Shown: positions 38,511 to 48,903 of the stretch, in pieces
Layout: the number at the start of each line of letters is the position of its first letter
Numbering within the stretch: the stretch's first letter is position 1
From: an uncultured Bacilli bacterium
GTDB lineage: Bacteria; Bacillota_I; Bacilli_A; RF39; UBA660
Reading direction: 5' to 3'
DNA length: 64,000 nucleotides
NCBI GenBank assembly: GCA_934168005.1
Contig: CAKPMN010000002.1
Coordinates: 13,876 to 77,875 of the forward strand
Translations under genes and position numbers: made by a program
Notes under the pieces: model-generated
The model's database searches: none
Seen by the model: the letters and a program-made list of their open reading frames with translations, nothing else
What the model was told of the DNA's origin: nothing

Positions 38511-39107
38511 ATGAAGAATATAAAGAATAAAAAGATAATAAAAACATTACTAGTACTTTTAATAGTATTAGTAATGTTAATACTTATCATAAATATAATA
38601 AGAAAAGAAAATAATAAAAAAATAGAGCTAGGAAGTTCTATATATGAAGAAATACACAATTTATACTTGTATGGAAAAGGTATTGAATATGTATATGATG
38701 AAGCAAATAATAGAAAGTATATAGAAGAAGATACAAAATATTATGAAGTAAAAGAAAAAAGTGTATTTGAAGATATAATAGCGGAAGAATCACGAGAAAA
38801 ATTACTAAAAATATTTAATATAAAAGAAAAGAATAATAAATATTATATAAGTGATTTTGGAAGAGGAATGACAAATACCTATTATGGAACTATATTAAAA
38901 ATAAAAAATAGAAGAAAAAATAAAATAGAATATACTGCAGTCTCTACTCTATGCAGGATAGATAAAATAGTAACATATGGAGAAGGATGTACAAGAGATG
39001 GCTATTATGAAATAGAAAAACCATTTACTATAGTAAAAGAGGATAATAAATGGAAAGTATTAGAATATACATCTGTATTCCAATTTAGTGATCGAGAAAT
39101 AAAATAA
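38511..39107 (+). CDS. Hypothetical membrane-anchored protein, 4 bp downstream of the Gly-rich gene
   Basis: N-terminal TM helix, K/E/Y-rich soluble part, no known motif. Tight linkage suggests co-transcription. Confidence 0.45.
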   Translation: MKNIKNKKIIKTLLVLLIVLVMLILIINIIRKENNKKIELGSSIYEEIHNLYLYGKGIEYVYDEANNRKYIEEDTKYYEVKEKSVFEDIIAEESREKLLKIFNIKEKNNKYYISDFGRGMTNTYYGTILKIKNRRKNKIEYTAVSTLCRIDKIVTYGEGCTRDGYYEIEKPFTIVKEDNKWKVLEYTSVFQFSDREIK

Positions 39108-39157
39108 ATGAATAAAATAAGAAAATCATCTCAATATTAAATAGGAGATGATTTTTT

Positions 39158-39688
39158 ATGAAGAAATTAATGATAATAGCAGTCATACTTTTAATATTTT
39201 ATTTAAGCATGAATAGAGTAAATTCAAAAGAATATAAAATTCCAGATGAAGCAATAAGACTTAGAGTAATTGCATCTTCTAATTCAAATATAGATCAAAA
39301 AGTAAAATTCAAAGTAACAGATACAATGGAAAATGTAATATATGAACTTCTAAAGAACGCTAAAGGAGTAGAAGAGGCAAGAAAAATAATTAACGACAAT
39401 ATGCAATACATTGATGGAAAAGTTTTAAAAACACTACAAGATGAAAAATACCCACTATCTTATGAAATAAAATATGGATTAAATTTTTTTCCGGAAAAAA
39501 AGTATAATGGAGTAACATATGATGAAGGATACTATGAATCACTCGTTGTAACATTAGGAGAAGGAGAAGGCAACAATTGGTGGTGTGTTTTATTTCCTCC
39601 CCTTTGCATGATGGAAGCAGAAGAAACAGAAAAAGATGATGTAGAATATAAATTTCTCATAAAAGAAGTCATTGATAAATATTTGTAA
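39158..39688 (+). CDS. spoIIR: Stage II sporulation protein R (SpoIIR)
   Basis: Signal peptide, IRLRVIASSNSNIDQKVKFKVTD, and C-terminal GEGEGNNWWCVLFPPLC characteristic of SpoIIR. Confidence 0.8.
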   Translation: MKKLMIIAVILLIFYLSMNRVNSKEYKIPDEAIRLRVIASSNSNIDQKVKFKVTDTMENVIYELLKNAKGVEEARKIINDNMQYIDGKVLKTLQDEKYPLSYEIKYGLNFFPEKKYNGVTYDEGYYESLVVTLGEGEGNNWWCVLFPPLCMMEAEETEKDDVEYKFLIKEVIDKYL

Positions 39689-39716
39689 AATAGTATAATA
39701 TCAGAAAGGTGATATT

Positions 39717-40454
39717 ATGCAGAAAGAAAACTTACACATTCATAGTGAATATTCTTGGGATTCTAATCTAAAAATAGAAGATATAGTAAAAAAGGCAAGA
39801 GAATCCTCATTTGGTACAATTGCCATTACAGATCATGTTGAGATGTATGAGAATGTAATAGGATTAATAAATAAGTATTCAATAGAATCTGAGAGATATA
39901 AAAAAATAGAAAGTTTAAAAAAAGATATCGAAATATTACATGGAATAGAACTATCAGAACCTCATTTAAGAACAAGCGATATAAAATTAATAGATGAGCT
40001 TCCATTAGATATAGTTTTAGGTAGTATCCACGATATAGATAAAACTCAAACAGAAGAAGAAAAAATAATAGAAGCTTATAAGAAATATTATTTAAAGGTT
40101 AAAAACTCAGTTTTAGCAGGTAACTTTGATGTTTTAGCTCATCTTGGATATATAGATAGATACTATAACTATCCATATAAAAATCAAGAACTACTAGATG
40201 AAATATTAAATGAAATAATAAGAAAACAAATTGCTCTTGAAATAAATACATCAGGACTTAGAAGAAAAACAACTCCAACAATTCCTAAGATAGATATAAT
40301 AGAAAGATATAAAAAATTAGGTGGAGAAATAGTAACAATAGGATCAGATGCACATAGAGAAGAAGAAATAAACGATAATATAGAAGCTTCCTATGATATA
40401 GCAAAAACTTTAAAATTAAGACCTGTAACATATAAAAATAGAAGAATTAGATAA
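39717..40454 (+). CDS. PHP-family metal-dependent phosphoesterase (histidinol-phosphatase-like)
   Basis: LHIHSEYSWDS N-terminal PHP motif, ITDHVEM, GSIHD, GSDAHRE. Confidence 0.7.
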   Translation: MQKENLHIHSEYSWDSNLKIEDIVKKARESSFGTIAITDHVEMYENVIGLINKYSIESERYKKIESLKKDIEILHGIELSEPHLRTSDIKLIDELPLDIVLGSIHDIDKTQTEEEKIIEAYKKYYLKVKNSVLAGNFDVLAHLGYIDRYYNYPYKNQELLDEILNEIIRKQIALEINTSGLRRKTTPTIPKIDIIERYKKLGGEIVTIGSDAHREEEINDNIEASYDIAKTLKLRPVTYKNRRIR

Positions 40455-40497
40455 TATATCTTGTCCTCCTAACATATAATTAATAGGAGGTTTTTTT

Positions 40498-41028
40498 ATG
40501 TCCTTAATTATTGTAATATTAATAGCATTAAGTTTAAGTATGGATGCATTTTCGTTGTCGTTAGCTTATGGTACTTTAAATATTAAAGAGAAAGATATGA
40601 GAATTTTAGCGGTAATAGTAGGAATATTTCACTTTTTTATGCCACTTTTAGGATTAAGTATAGGAGAAATAATCTTAAATATACTACCAATAAAAGCAGA
40701 ACTAGTTGTAACTATAGTTTTACTAATAATAGGCCTACAAATGATTTTCTCAAATGAAAAAGAAGAATTACTAGAATTAATGAATTTAATGTCAATGATT
40801 ATGTTTGCCTTCGCAGTTAGTATAGATAGCTTTTCAGTAGGAATAACATTAAGAACAATATACACTCATCCAATAGTAAGTGTAACAGTATTTATGATAA
40901 TCAGTTCAATATGTACATATATAGGATTAAAACTAGGCAAAAAAGTAAATCAGTTAATAGGAACAAGAGCAACTAAACTAGGTGGAATTATGCTTATCAT
41001 ATTGGCAATATTTTTTTATCTAAAATAA
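40498..41028 (+). CDS. MntP/YtaF-family (DUF204) membrane protein
   Basis: Duplicated LSMDAFSLSLAYG / AVSIDSFSVGITL motifs in a 6-TM protein. Confidence 0.6.
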   Translation: MSLIIVILIALSLSMDAFSLSLAYGTLNIKEKDMRILAVIVGIFHFFMPLLGLSIGEIILNILPIKAELVVTIVLLIIGLQMIFSNEKEELLELMNLMSMIMFAFAVSIDSFSVGITLRTIYTHPIVSVTVFMIISSICTYIGLKLGKKVNQLIGTRATKLGGIMLIILAIFFYLK

Positions 41029-41069
41029 TCATAAAAATATGATATAATTATTTTAGGCTAGGTGATAAA

Positions 41070-41918
41070 ATGATAGTAAATAGTAAAGAAATACTTATAA
41101 AAGCAAAAAATAGTGGTTATGCAGTTCCACATTTTAATATAAATAATCTAGAATGGACACGTTTCATACTAGAAGAATGTAACGAAAATAATAGCCCTGT
41201 AATACTAGGAGTATCAGAAGGAGCAGCTAAATATATGGGCGGCTTTAATGTAGTTAGTAGCATGGTAAGAAATTTAGTAAAATCACTTGATATAAATGTT
41301 CCTGTAGTTATTCATTTAGATCATGGGAGTAGTGTTGAATCATGTATTAATGCAATAGATAATGGTTTTACATCAGTAATGATAGATGCCTCTAAATATT
41401 CATTAGAAGAAAATATTAAGATGACAAAAGAAGTTGTGGATTACGCTCATCAAAGAAATGTAACAGTAGAAGCAGAAATAGGCCATGTTGGTGGAGAAGA
41501 AGATGGAATTTTAGATGAACTTGCATATGCTAAAGTAGAAGATGCAGTAAAACTTGCAAAAACAGGTATAGATACAATTGCCCCAGCACTTGGTAGTGTC
41601 CACGGAATATATAAAGGTGAACCAAAATTAGATTTTGGTAGAATGAGAGAAATCAAAGATTTAACTGATATGCCATTAGTTCTACACGGAGGTTCTGGAA
41701 TAGATGATGATAAGATAAAAAAAGCAATTGAATCTGGAATATCAAAAGTAAATATTAATACAGAATTACAACAAGCATGGTCATCAGGTGTTAGAAAATA
41801 CTTAGAAGAAGACAAAAAAGTATACGATCCAAGAAAAATAATAAAATCTGGTGAAATAGAAATGAAAAAAACAATTAAAGAAAAAATTATATTATTAAAC
41901 AGTCAAAATAAAATTTAA
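41070..41918 (+). CDS. fba: Class II fructose-bisphosphate aldolase
   Basis: VIHLDHGSS, HVGGEEDG, LVLHGGSG motifs. Confidence 0.9.
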   Translation: MIVNSKEILIKAKNSGYAVPHFNINNLEWTRFILEECNENNSPVILGVSEGAAKYMGGFNVVSSMVRNLVKSLDINVPVVIHLDHGSSVESCINAIDNGFTSVMIDASKYSLEENIKMTKEVVDYAHQRNVTVEAEIGHVGGEEDGILDELAYAKVEDAVKLAKTGIDTIAPALGSVHGIYKGEPKLDFGRMREIKDLTDMPLVLHGGSGIDDDKIKKAIESGISKVNINTELQQAWSSGVRKYLEEDKKVYDPRKIIKSGEIEMKKTIKEKIILLNSQNKI

Positions 41919-41928
41919 GGGGGACAAC

Positions 41929-43182
41929 ATGAAGAAAATGATAATAGAAGGCGGAAAAAAATTATCTGGAACAATTGAAATAAGTGGGTCAAAGAATAGT
42001 GCGGTTGCATTAGTTCCAGCTTCACTTTTAAGTAATGGAATTGTAAAAATAGACAATATTCCAAATATTTCAGATATAGATGCCCTAATAGAAATATTAA
42101 AGTATCTAGGAGCAAAAGTAACAAGAGAAGGTAAATTAATGACGATTGATTCTAGGTACATAGAAAATAAGGAAATACCAGAAGAGATATCTAAAAAGCT
42201 AAGAGCATCATATTATTTTATGGGTGCACTTTTGGGAAAATATAAAAAAGTAGAAATGTATTTTCCAGGAGGTTGCTCAATTGGAGAAAGACCTATTAAT
42301 CTACATCTAAAAGGATTTGAAGAATTAGGAGCAAAAGTAACTAATGTTGGTAATAAATATAAAGTAGAAGCAGAAAAACTAGTAGGAAATAAGATATATT
42401 TAGATATTGCCTCAGTTGGAGCTACTATAAATATTATGCTAGCTGCAACATATGCAGAAGGAATAACAACAATAGAAAATGCAGCAAGGGAACCCCATAT
42501 CGTTAACGTAGCAACATTCCTAAATCAAATGGGAGCATCAATTAGAGGAGCAGGAACAAGTACAATTACAATAAAAGGTGTAGATTCACTAAATGGAGCA
42601 TTTACAGAAGTAGTACCAGACTACATAGAAGCAGGTACATATGTATTAGCAGGAGCATTAATAGGTGATAATCTAACTATAGAAAATCTAATTCCATCAC
42701 ATATAGAGTCATTAACATCAAAATTAAAAGACATGGGTGTAGAATTAGAAATAAAAAATAATAGTATAAAAGTAAGTTCAAAAAAAACTTATAAACCAGT
42801 TAATATAAGAACAGCTGTATACCCAGGATTTCCAACAGATCTTCAACAACCATTTAGTGTTTTATTAACTAGATGTGACGGAACTTCAAAAATAAAAGAA
42901 ACAATCTGGGAAAATAGATTTATGCACATACCATATTTAGAAAAAATGGGAGCAAATGCAGAGATAAATGGTAATGAAGTGAAAATAACAGGAATTACAG
43001 ATTTAAAAGGAACAGAAGTAGTAGCTACTGATTTAAGAGCAGGTGCTGCCATGATTTTAGCAGGGTTGGTAGCAGAAGGTAAAACTGAAGTAACTTCAAT
43101 AGAACATGTTCTTAGAGGATATGAAAATATTGTAGAAAAATTAGTTAATGTAGGTGCTAAAGTAAAAATAGAAGAAATATAA
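41929..43182 (+). CDS. murA: UDP-N-acetylglucosamine 1-carboxyvinyltransferase MurA
   Basis: KLSGTIEISGSKNSAVALV. Catalytic Cys in GGCSIGERPIN. Full-length 417 aa. Confidence 0.95.
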   Translation: MKKMIIEGGKKLSGTIEISGSKNSAVALVPASLLSNGIVKIDNIPNISDIDALIEILKYLGAKVTREGKLMTIDSRYIENKEIPEEISKKLRASYYFMGALLGKYKKVEMYFPGGCSIGERPINLHLKGFEELGAKVTNVGNKYKVEAEKLVGNKIYLDIASVGATINIMLAATYAEGITTIENAAREPHIVNVATFLNQMGASIRGAGTSTITIKGVDSLNGAFTEVVPDYIEAGTYVLAGALIGDNLTIENLIPSHIESLTSKLKDMGVELEIKNNSIKVSSKKTYKPVNIRTAVYPGFPTDLQQPFSVLLTRCDGTSKIKETIWENRFMHIPYLEKMGANAEINGNEVKITGITDLKGTEVVATDLRAGAAMILAGLVAEGKTEVTSIEHVLRGYENIVEKLVNVGAKVKIEEI

Positions 43183-43222
43183 TTAAAGTAGATTAGATAT
43201 CTACTTTTTTTATGGAGGAAAT

Positions 43223-43825
43223 ATGAAAAAGAAAAAAATTTTAATCATAATATTAATAACAATGATAGTATTTCTTATAAGTGATAAAATTAAAGATAAA
43301 GAGATATATTATGTTAATATTAATGAAAATTATTTAAAAGAAATAGGAAATAATTATCATAATGAACTTATAGATTATTATAAGAAGAATAAAATATTAG
43401 AAGAAGTAGTAGAGTTTGGTTATGAAAACTCAAGAATAGTAGAAATATTAAATGCTATAAATAACAACGATTATATATATATAAAAAATAAAAAACACAC
43501 AATTCAAAATGCTTTAATAAAAGCAGATTTATTAATACTAGAAATAGGCAAAAATGACTTAGATTACTCACTAGAAAAGAAGAATAAAGAAGATATATAT
43601 AATTATTTAGATACTCTATTACAAGATACAGAAACGCTTTTAAAAACAATAAGAAAGTATACAAAAGAAAAGATAATATTACTAGAATTTAAAAGTGAAA
43701 ACGAATATATCGACTATTTTTATAAAAAGTTAGAAAAAATCTGTACAAATAATAAAATAGATTATATAAATGCCGACAAAAACATAAAAGAGCAGGTTCT
43801 ATTAAAATTTGATTTTTTAAAATAG
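43223..43825 (+). CDS. Hypothetical membrane-anchored protein (possible degenerate SGNH-like: GKND block only)
   Basis: N-terminal TM. LLILEIGKNDL resembles SGNH block III, but no GDS(L) block is seen. Confidence 0.35.
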   Translation: MKKKKILIIILITMIVFLISDKIKDKEIYYVNINENYLKEIGNNYHNELIDYYKKNKILEEVVEFGYENSRIVEILNAINNNDYIYIKNKKHTIQNALIKADLLILEIGKNDLDYSLEKKNKEDIYNYLDTLLQDTETLLKTIRKYTKEKIILLEFKSENEYIDYFYKKLEKICTNNKIDYINADKNIKEQVLLKFDFLK

Positions 43826-43853
43826 TGTGATAAAATTATATTGAGGTGAAAAA

Positions 43854-44498
43854 ATGGTACAAAATTATTTATCAAAAGTATTTCTATGGATGTTCATAGG
43901 ATTATTAGTGACTTTCTCAACAGGAGTATTAGTTGCTGGAAATGCTAATGCACTAGAAACAATATTTTCATCAGGAATGTATTGGTTAATTATAGTTGCA
44001 GAGTTTATAACAGTAATAGTTTTATCAGCAAGAGTTAATAAAATGACTCCAACAGGAGCAAAGTTTGGTTTTGTTTTATATTCTTTCTTAACAGGTTTAA
44101 CATTCTCAGCAGTATTTGTTGTATACAATATAACATCAATTATATCAGTATTCTTAATTACTGCCGTATTAATGTTAATATTCTCTGTTATAGGAGCTAG
44201 AACAAATCTAGATTTATCTAAATTTGGAACATACTTATTGATGGCATTATTAGGAATAATAATAGCTTCAATAATAAATGTTTTTGTTGGAAGTGAAGCT
44301 TTTGACTTAGGATTAACAGTTTTAAGTATAATTATATTCCTTGGATACATCGCTTTTGATGTTCAAAAAATAAAAGAATTTGCTACAAATGATCCAGATA
44401 ATGAAAATTTAGCAATCTATGGGGCATTACAACTATACTTAGACTTTATTAACATTTTCTTAGACTTATTACGTCTAATAGGAAATAATAAAGATTAA
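43854..44498 (+). CDS. Bax-inhibitor-1/YccA (YetJ-like) family membrane protein
   Basis: Seven predicted TM segments and C-terminal LQLYLDFINIFLDLLRLIG motif typical of BI-1 family. Confidence 0.75.
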   Translation: MVQNYLSKVFLWMFIGLLVTFSTGVLVAGNANALETIFSSGMYWLIIVAEFITVIVLSARVNKMTPTGAKFGFVLYSFLTGLTFSAVFVVYNITSIISVFLITAVLMLIFSVIGARTNLDLSKFGTYLLMALLGIIIASIINVFVGSEAFDLGLTVLSIIIFLGYIAFDVQKIKEFATNDPDNENLAIYGALQLYLDFINIFLDLLRLIGNNKD

Positions 44499-44611
44499 AT
44501 GTAAGGATTTTCTTTTGAAAATCCTTGCTTTTTTTCAAAAAGATTGTTATACTATGAAAGTAATTAAATTTCTATGGCCGAATTAGGTCATGGCGGAAGG
44601 AGACTAAAAGT

Positions 44612-44827
44612 ATGAAAAAAGGAATTCATCCAGATTATAAAGACATGAAAGTAACATGTGCTTGTGGAAATACGTTCACAGTAAAATCTACAAATGAAGA
44701 ACTACACGTTGAAACTTGTAACAAATGTCATCCATTTTATACAGGAAACCAAACTTCAAATGTACAAAGAGGACGTATTGAAAAATTCAACCAAAAATAC
44801 GGATTTACACAAAAAGAAGGAAAATAA
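44612..44827 (+). CDS. rpmE: 50S ribosomal protein L31 (zinc-ribbon type)
   Basis: MKKGIHPDY...CACGNTF...[10 protein letters not shown]. Confidence 0.9.
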   Translation: MKKGIHPDYKDMKVTCACGNTFTVKSTNEELHVETCNKCHPFYTGNQTSNVQRGRIEKFNQKYGFTQKEGK

Positions 44828-44884
44828 GGGATATCTCTTATTTTTTTTTACTATATATGCTAAAATTAAAAGGGAAGTGATAAA

Positions 44885-45325
44885 TTGAAAATAGCGTTAG
44901 GAAATGACCATAGAGGTTATATTTTAAAAAAACAATTATTATTATATTTAAATAATTTGGGATATGAAACTATAGATATGGGATGCGATAGTGAAGATTC
45001 AGTTGACTATCCAGTATATGCCAAAAAAGTATGTGAAAAAGTAAAAGAAGGATACGATTTTGGAATTTTAATATGTGGAACAGGTATAGGAATGTCAATT
45101 GCAGCCAATAAGATAAAAGGAATTAGATGTGCAAAAGTATCAACAGAAGAAGAAGCATCATTAACAAGAATAGATAATGACGCAAATGTAATCGCATTAT
45201 CTTATAAAACACAAAGAGATGATGCATTCAAAATAGTGAATACATTTATAACAACTTCTCCTTCAACAGAAGAAAGACATGTAAGAAGAAGAAAAATGTT
45301 AGAGGATTTAGAAAATGAATCTTAA
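44885..45325 (+). CDS. rpiB: Ribose-5-phosphate isomerase B (RpiB/LacAB family), TTG start
   Basis: KIALGNDHRGY...ILICGTGIGMSIAANK. Confidence 0.85.
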   Translation: MKIALGNDHRGYILKKQLLLYLNNLGYETIDMGCDSEDSVDYPVYAKKVCEKVKEGYDFGILICGTGIGMSIAANKIKGIRCAKVSTEEEASLTRIDNDANVIALSYKTQRDDAFKIVNTFITTSPSTEERHVRRRKMLEDLENES

Positions 45326-45520
45326 AACAATTTTGTATTTTTTAATAATACCAATATCAATTTGGGCAATAGATAGTATAAATTTTGAAGGAAAATTTAA
45401 AAAGAATAGATTTTTACAAGCAAGAGTTTTATACATTTTAGTTGCGTTAGCTTTATCTTATTTAGTTGTTAATTTTTTCTTTGATTTTTATACATATTCA
45501 AACTTTTTATAGGAGGAAAT

Positions 45521-45910
45521 ATGTTAAAAGAATTCAAACAATTTATATCAAGAGGAAATGTCTTAGATATGGCAGTTGGTGTTATAATTGGTTCAGCATT
45601 TGGAAAAATAGTAACATCACTAGTAGATAATATTTTAATGCCTTTAATAGGAATAATAATTGGAGGAATAGATTTTACTTCATTATCTATAAAAATTAAT
45701 GAGGCAACAATTAATTATGGAATATTTATTCAATCAGTCATAGACTTTCTAATAATAGCTGCATGCATTTTCTTTATAACAAAGGTAATAAATAAACTAG
45801 AAAATATCAAACAAAAAGAAGAAAAAAAAGAAACGAAAAAGAAAGAAGAAATTCTTCTTTTAGAAGAAATAAGAGATTTATTAAAAGAAAAGACAAAAAA
45901 AGACAAGTAA
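45521..45910 (+). CDS. mscL: Large-conductance mechanosensitive channel MscL
   Basis: MLKEFKQFISRGNVLDMAVGVIIGSAFGKIVTSLVDNILMP. Confidence 0.9.
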   Translation: MLKEFKQFISRGNVLDMAVGVIIGSAFGKIVTSLVDNILMPLIGIIIGGIDFTSLSIKINEATINYGIFIQSVIDFLIIAACIFFITKVINKLENIKQKEEKKETKKKEEILLLEEIRDLLKEKTKKDK

Positions 45911-45947
45911 TTTGTCTTTTTTATTTTACCATTAAAATGGTGATAAC

Positions 45948-46865
45948 ATGAAACAAATAATTATCTACTTTTTGCTCATAATATTAATACCATCAATTAT
46001 GATTTTGTCTTTTAAAAAGGAAATAGAAAAAAACACTTTAACTAAAATAACTAATGATAAAGTAAGAGTAAATAGGACAAAGTTAAATAAAATAGAAGAA
46101 GTAGAATTAGAAGAATATGTAAAAGGAGTAGTAGCATCAGAAATGCCTATAACATTTGATATAGAAGCCTTAAAAGCCCAAGCGGTATGTGCTAGAAGTT
46201 ATGTGTTAAGAAAAAAAGAACAAAATAAAGATAAAGAATATGATGTAGTAGATACAATTCAAAATCAAGTTTATCAAGATATGGATGAGTTAAAAAATAG
46301 ATGGAAAGATAAATATGATGAATATATAGAAAAGCTAAATAAAGTAGTAGAAGAAACAAAAGGAGAGTTCATAACATATAATAATGAAATAATAGAAACT
46401 TTCTTCTTTTCAACAAGTAATGGGCATACAGAAAATAGTGAAGAAGTATTTCAAAAAAAATTGCCTTATCTAAGAAGTGTCGATTCATCATGGGATGAAG
46501 AAACTTCACCAGTATTTCATGCAACCAAAGAAATGAGTTTAAGTGATTTATATACGAAACTTAGTTTGCCATACAATAAAAATCTGACATATAAAATATT
46601 AGAAAAAACAGAATCTGGGAGCATAAAAAAAATAAGTATAAATGGTAAAGAATTTAAAGGAACAGTAGTAAGACAAAAGTTAGGATTAAGATCAACTTAT
46701 TTTGAAATTGAACAGAATGGAAGTAATATAACATTCAAAACAACAGGAAATGGACATGGTGTAGGAATGAGTCAATATGGAGCACTATCAATGGCAAAAA
46801 AAGGGTATAAATATGATGAAATAATAAAATATTACTTTAAAGATACTGAAATTTCAAAAAGATAG
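45948..46865 (+). CDS. spoIID: Stage II sporulation protein D (SpoIID) lytic transglycosylase
   Basis: LEEYVKGVVASEMPITFDIEALKAQAVCARSY, GHGVGMSQYGA. Confidence 0.85.
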   Translation: MKQIIIYFLLIILIPSIMILSFKKEIEKNTLTKITNDKVRVNRTKLNKIEEVELEEYVKGVVASEMPITFDIEALKAQAVCARSYVLRKKEQNKDKEYDVVDTIQNQVYQDMDELKNRWKDKYDEYIEKLNKVVEETKGEFITYNNEIIETFFFSTSNGHTENSEEVFQKKLPYLRSVDSSWDEETSPVFHATKEMSLSDLYTKLSLPYNKNLTYKILEKTESGSIKKISINGKEFKGTVVRQKLGLRSTYFEIEQNGSNITFKTTGNGHGVGMSQYGALSMAKKGYKYDEIIKYYFKDTEISKR

Positions 46866-46909
46866 TATAAAAACCTTCAAACTGCTCACACTTAAAATGA
46901 GGTGAGAAA

Positions 46910-47554
46910 ATGGAAGGAAGAAAAATAAAAGATTCAGTTATTTATGGAATATATATAGTTTCATTTATATTAATACTAGCGTCAATATACTTGATGGGTT
47001 TAAGCTCAAATAGTAAGATGAAAAGCGAAGATACACCAAATAAATATGTATCAAAGTCAATATTTGATAATACAGTAAGTGTTGTATCACAAACAAAAAA
47101 CTTCAAGTTTATAAAGCCCGTTACAAGAGAAGATATAACAATAAAAAAGACATACTATGATAAAGATAGCGATGAAAAAGAACAAGAAAACGCAATAATT
47201 TATTATGAAAATACATATATGCAAAGTACAGGAATATTATATACATCAAATACAAGCTTTGATGTATCAGCAGTATATGATGGTACAGTAACAGAGATAA
47301 AAGAAGATGACCTTCTTGGAAAAACAATTGTAATAACACATGAAAATGGAATGAGCAGTATATATCAATCATTATCTGAAGTAAAAGTAAATCAAAATGA
47401 TCAAGTAAAACAAGGAGATATAATTGCGTCAAGTGGTGTTTCAAATTTATTTAAAGATGATGAAAATTCTTTATACTTTGAAATGGTAAATGATGGAAAA
47501 AATATCAACCCACTTCTTTGCTATGATAAAACAATTAGTGAAATAAAGGGGTAA
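46910..47554 (+). CDS. LytM/M23-peptidase-domain protein, SpoIIQ-like by position
   Basis: N-terminal TM. M23-like GKTIVITHENGMSSIYQSL...GDIIASSG. spoIID-M23-spoIIID-mbl order as in Clostridioides (CD0124-0127). Confidence 0.6.
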   Translation: MEGRKIKDSVIYGIYIVSFILILASIYLMGLSSNSKMKSEDTPNKYVSKSIFDNTVSVVSQTKNFKFIKPVTREDITIKKTYYDKDSDEKEQENAIIYYENTYMQSTGILYTSNTSFDVSAVYDGTVTEIKEDDLLGKTIVITHENGMSSIYQSLSEVKVNQNDQVKQGDIIASSGVSNLFKDDENSLYFEMVNDGKNINPLLCYDKTISEIKG

Positions 47555-47611
47555 CCCTTTTTTTTAGGAATAAAAAATTACTCTATTTATATAATGAATT
47601 AAGGGGGATAT

Positions 47612-47857
47612 ATGAATTATATAAATAAAAGAGTCATTGATGAGGCATCAAGAATGATAGAAACAGAAAAGACAATAAGAGAAATAGCCAAAGAATTTCA
47701 TGTTTCTAAAAGTACAGTACATAAAGATCTACAAGAAAGACTTAAAAAGTTAGATAAGATTAAATATGAAGAGATAGAAAAAATATTAAAATTTCATACC
47801 GATATAAGACATATTAGAGGAGGAAATTCAACAAAAATAAAATATATGAAGAACTAA
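47612..47857 (+). CDS. spoIIID: Stage III sporulation protein D (SpoIIID) transcriptional regulator
   Basis: RVIDEASRMIETEKTIREIAKEFHVSKSTVHKDL HTH. Confidence 0.85.
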   Translation: MNYINKRVIDEASRMIETEKTIREIAKEFHVSKSTVHKDLQERLKKLDKIKYEEIEKILKFHTDIRHIRGGNSTKIKYMKN

Positions 47858-47867
47858 TGGAGGAAAT

Positions 47868-48857
47868 ATGTTTGCAAAAGATATAGGAATAGATTTAGGA
47901 ACAGCCAATGTACTAATCTATATAAAAGGAGAAGGAATTGTATTAAATGAACCAAGCGTAGTAGCAGTGGATTCGGTTACAAAAAAGCCACTAGCAGTAG
48001 GCACAGCGGCACATGAAATGTTGGGAAGAACACCAGGAAAAGTAGAAGTAATAAAGCCTATGAAAGATGGTGTTATAGCCGATTTTGATGTTACGGAAAT
48101 AATGTTAAATTATTTTATAAACAAAGTGAATGGAAAAGGAATACTATCAAAACCAAGAATTTTAATATGTTGTCCTTCAAATATAACACAAGTTGAAAAA
48201 AATGCCATAAAAGAAGCTGCAGAAAGGACAGGGGCTAGAAGAGTATTTTTGGAAGAGGAACCTAAAGTAGCTGCAGTAGGTGCCGGACTAGATATATCAA
48301 GACCAAGTGGCAATATGGTCATAGACATTGGAGGAGGAACAACAGATATAGCTGTGTTATCACTTGGAGACATAGTAACAAGTTCATCAATTAAAGTTGC
48401 CGGTAATTTATTTGATGAAGATATAGCAAAATACATAAAGAAAAAGTACAAGCTTTTAATAGGAGAAAAGACAGCAGAAGAAATTAAACTAAAAATAGGT
48501 ACAGTACTTCCGGATAAAAAGGAACAAAAATTAGTAGTAAGAGGAAGAGATCTAGTAACAGGACTTCCCAATAAAATAACAATTAGTAAAGAAGAAGTTG
48601 AAGAAGCATTAAGAGAAAGTGTTTATATAATTGTACATACTGCAAAAACAGTATTAGAAAATACTCCTCCAGAACTTGCAACAGATATAATTGATAAAGG
48701 AATAATATTAACAGGAGGAGGAGCTTTAATAGATGGAATAGATAGACTTTTATCAAGAGAGTTAAAAGTAAAAGTAGAAGTTGCGACTTCCCCATTAACT
48801 TGTGTAGCAGAAGGAACAGGAATAATGTTAAATAATTTAAATTTGATAGATAAATAA
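47868..48857 (+). CDS. mbl: Rod-shape-determining actin homologue MreB/Mbl
   Basis: IGIDLGTANVLIY, VIDIGGGTTDIAV, LTGGGALI. Confidence 0.9.
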   Translation: MFAKDIGIDLGTANVLIYIKGEGIVLNEPSVVAVDSVTKKPLAVGTAAHEMLGRTPGKVEVIKPMKDGVIADFDVTEIMLNYFINKVNGKGILSKPRILICCPSNITQVEKNAIKEAAERTGARRVFLEEEPKVAAVGAGLDISRPSGNMVIDIGGGTTDIAVLSLGDIVTSSSIKVAGNLFDEDIAKYIKKKYKLLIGEKTAEEIKLKIGTVLPDKKEQKLVVRGRDLVTGLPNKITISKEEVEEALRESVYIIVHTAKTVLENTPPELATDIIDKGIILTGGGALIDGIDRLLSRELKVKVEVATSPLTCVAEGTGIMLNNLNLIDK

Positions 48858-48903
48858 TTGTATTTTATATGAAAAACGATATAATGTAATTAGGAGGTAT
48901 TTT

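Noticed and set aside
44694-44888. 64-aa ORF overlapping the 3' half of rpmE in another frame
   Set aside because: It is out-of-frame overlap with a highly conserved ribosomal protein gene. Its terminal part spans the rpmE terminator and rpiB RBS. It is spurious.
45315-45512. 65-aa two-TM ORF overlapping the end of rpiB by 11 nt
   Set aside because: It may be a real small membrane protein, but there is no recognisable RBS or motif. It is kept out of the feature list as unsupported.
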